Below are positions 61,601-64,000 of a stretch of DNA of 64,000 nucleotides, piece by piece. The stretch comes from Balanoglossus misakiensis (lineage: Eukaryota > Animalia > Hemichordata), in contig CM082596.2 of assembly GCA_040954595.2 (NCBI GenBank), forward strand, positions 10,716,354-10,780,353. The letters run 5' to 3'. The stretch's first letter is position 1. Every line of letters begins with the position of its first letter. Below the pieces are notes generated by a model. That model was not told the DNA's origin. It worked only from the letters and a program-made list of their open reading frames with translations, and ran no database searches. The position numbers were made by a program, and so were the translations under genes.

Positions 61601-64000
61601 TGCAGAAATTTTGAACTTTCGCAAAGTCGAAAAATTGTCATTTTGGACGATTTTAGTGAGCCGTAACCCATGATTTTTTTCAAAAATGCAGAAATTTTGA
61701 ATTTTCGCAAAGTAGAAAAATTGTCATTTTTGAACGATTTTCGTGAGCCGTAACCCATGATTTTTTTCAAAAAATGCAGAAATTTTGAACATTCGCAAAG
61801 TCGAAAAATTGTCATTTTAGAACGATATTCGTGAGCCGTAACCCATGATTTTTTCAAAAAATGCAGAAATTTTGAACTTTTGCAAAGTCGAAAAATTGGC
61901 ATTTTTGGACTATTTTCGTGAGCCGTAACCCATGATTTTTTTCAAAAAATGCAAAACTTTTGAACATTCGCAAAGTCGAAAAATTGTCATTTTTGGACGA
62001 TTTTCATGAGCCGTGACCCATGATTTTTTTCAAAAAATGCAGAAATTTAGAACTTTCGCAAAGTCGAAAAATTGTCATTTTTGGACGATTTTCGTGAGCC
62101 GTGACCCATGATTTTTTTCAAAAAATGCAGAAATTTTGAATGTTCGCAAAGTAGAAAAATTGTCATTTTTGGACGATTTTCGTGAGCCGTAACCCATGAT
62201 TTTTTTCAAAAAATGCAGAAATTTTGAACTTTCGCAAAGTCGAAAAATTGTCATTTTGGACGATTTTAGTGAGCCGTAACCCATGATTTTTTTCAAAAAT
62301 GCAGAAATTTTGAATTTTCGCAAAGTAGAAAAATTGTCATTTTTGAACGATTTTCGTGAGCCGTAACCCATGATTTTTTTCAAAAAATGCAGAAATTTTG
62401 AACATTCGCAAAGTCGAAAAATTGTCATTTTAGAACGATATTCGTGAGCCGTAACCCATGATTTTTTCAAAAAATGCAGAAATTTAGAACTTTTGCAAAG
62501 TCAAAAAATTGTCATTTTGGAATATTTTCGTGAGCCGTAACCCATGATTTTTTTCAAAAAATGCAGAAATTTTAAACTTTCGCAAAGTCAAAAAAATGTC
62601 ATTTTTGGACGATTTTCGTGAGCCGTAACCCATGATTTTTTTCAAAAAATGCAGAAATTTTGAACTTTCGCAAAGTCGAAAAAATGTCATTTTTGGACGA
62701 TTTTCGTGAGCCGTAACCCATGATTTTTTTCAAAAAATGCAGAAATTTTGAATGTTCGCAAAGTAGAAAAATTGTCATTTTTAGACGATTTTCGTGAGCC
62801 TTGACCAATGATTTTTTTCAAAAAATGCAGAAATTTAGAAGTTTTGCAAAGTCAAAAAATTTTCATTTTTGAAATATTTTCGTGAGCCGTAACCCATGAT
62901 TTTTTTCAAAAAATGCAGAAATTTTGAACATTCGCAAAGTCGAAAAATTGTCATTTTAGAACGATATTCGTGAGCCGTAACCCATGATTTTTTCAAAAAA
63001 TGCAGAAATTTAGAACTTTTGCAAAGTCAAAAAATTGTCATTTTGGAATATTTTCGTGAGCCGTAACCCATGATTTTTTTCAAAAAATGCAGAAATTTTA
63101 AACTTTCGCAAAGTCAAAAAAATGTCATTTTTGGACGATTTTCGTGAGCCGTAACCCATGATTTTTTTCAAAAAATGCAGAAATTTTGAACTTTCGCAAA
63201 GTCGAAAAAATGTCATTTTTGGACGATTTTCGTGAGCCGTAACCCATGATTTTTTTCTAAAAATGCAGAAATTTTGAATGTTCGCAAAGTAGAAAAATTG
63301 TCATTTTTAGACGATTTTCGTGAGCCTTGACCAATGATTTTTTTCAAAAAATGCAGAAATTTAGAAGTTTTTCAAAGTAGAAAAATTGTCATTTTTGGAC
63401 GATTTTCGTGAGCCGTGACCCATGATTTTTTTCAAAAAATGCAGAAATTTAGAACTTTTGCAAAAAATTTTCATTTTTGAAATATTTTCGTGAGCCGTAA
63501 CCCATGATTTTTTTCAAAAAATGCAGAAATTTTGAACTTTCGCAAAGTCAAAAAAATGTCATTTTTGGACGATTTTCGTGAGCCGTGACCCATGATTTTT
63601 TTCAAAAAATGCAGAAATTTTGAATGTTCGCAATGTAGAAAAATTGTCATTTTTGGACGATTTTCGTGAGCCGTAACCCATGATTTTTTTCAAAAAATGC
63701 AGAAATTTTGAACTTTCGCAAAGTCGAAAAATTGTCATTTTTGGACGATTTTCGTGAGCCGTAACCCATGATTTTTTTCAAAAAATGCAGAAATTTAGAA
63801 CTTTCGCAAAGTAGAAAAATTGTCATTTTTGGACGATTTTCGTGAGCCGTGACCCATGATTTTTTCAAAAAATGCAGAAATTTTGAATGTTCGCAAAGTA
63901 GAAAAATTGTCATTTTTGGACGATTTTCGTGAGCCGTAACCCATGATTTTTTTCAAAAATGCAGAAATTTTGAACTTTTGCAAAGTCGAAAAATTGTCAT
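31691..64000 (+). repeat. Satellite B: head-to-tail 88-bp monomer array (~367 monomers, runs off the window)
   Basis: Consensus AAAAATTGTCATTTTTGGACGATTTTCGTGAGCCGTAACCCATGATTTTTTTCAAAAAATGCAGAAATTTTGAACTTTCGCAAAGTCG (88 nt). Single orientation, no insertion seen, few variant positions per monomer. Confidence 0.98.

Noticed and set aside
32310-63983. More than 100 minus-strand ORFs (MTIFLLCESSKFLHFLKK..., up to 228 aa)
   Set aside because: They are translations of the 88-bp satellite, whose minus strand is poor in stop codons. Frames shift with homopolymer length and there is no coding signature.
31691-64000. CRISPR-like array or CENP-B box
   Set aside because: There are no unique spacers and no cas genes, and the context is eukaryotic. 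The TTCG motifs lack the downstream A..CGGG of a CENP-B box on either strand.

Overview
Eukaryotic, gene-free, repeat-dominated window that looks like the edge of a large satellite block, possibly pericentromeric. The repeat families suggest an invertebrate animal, but the species cannot be called. No host gene is recognisable. From left to right: (1) 1-3.2 kb holds nested Helentron-associated (HINE/DINE-1-like) elements. (2) About 5.55-15.14 kb is a 177-196 bp satellite with 5-, 7- and 12-mer higher-order repeats, interrupted by a second young HINE copy. (3) 15-19.7 kb is a mosaic of local duplications, a tRNA-derived SINE, a reverse-strand HINE end and a palindromic TTAA MITE. (4) About 21.3-27.15 kb is a decayed, 3'-truncated Gmr1-like Ty3/Gypsy LTR retrotransposon, with integrase before RT and a tRNA-Pro PBS. 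(5) 27333-28734 is a 1.4 kb non-autonomous element with split direct repeats (A1-B1A2-B2) and ATT at all three junctions, the architecture of PAT/Ngaro tyrosine-recombinase retrotransposons; this is the most notable find. (6) 30.4-31.4 kb is a 9-bp-TSD TIR element carrying a nested TTAA MITE. (7) 31.69 kb to the window end is a ~32 kb, 88-bp A-tract-phased satellite with layered higher-order duplications. Nearly all ORFs in the supplied track are artefacts of the satellites. All alignments were made by eye.
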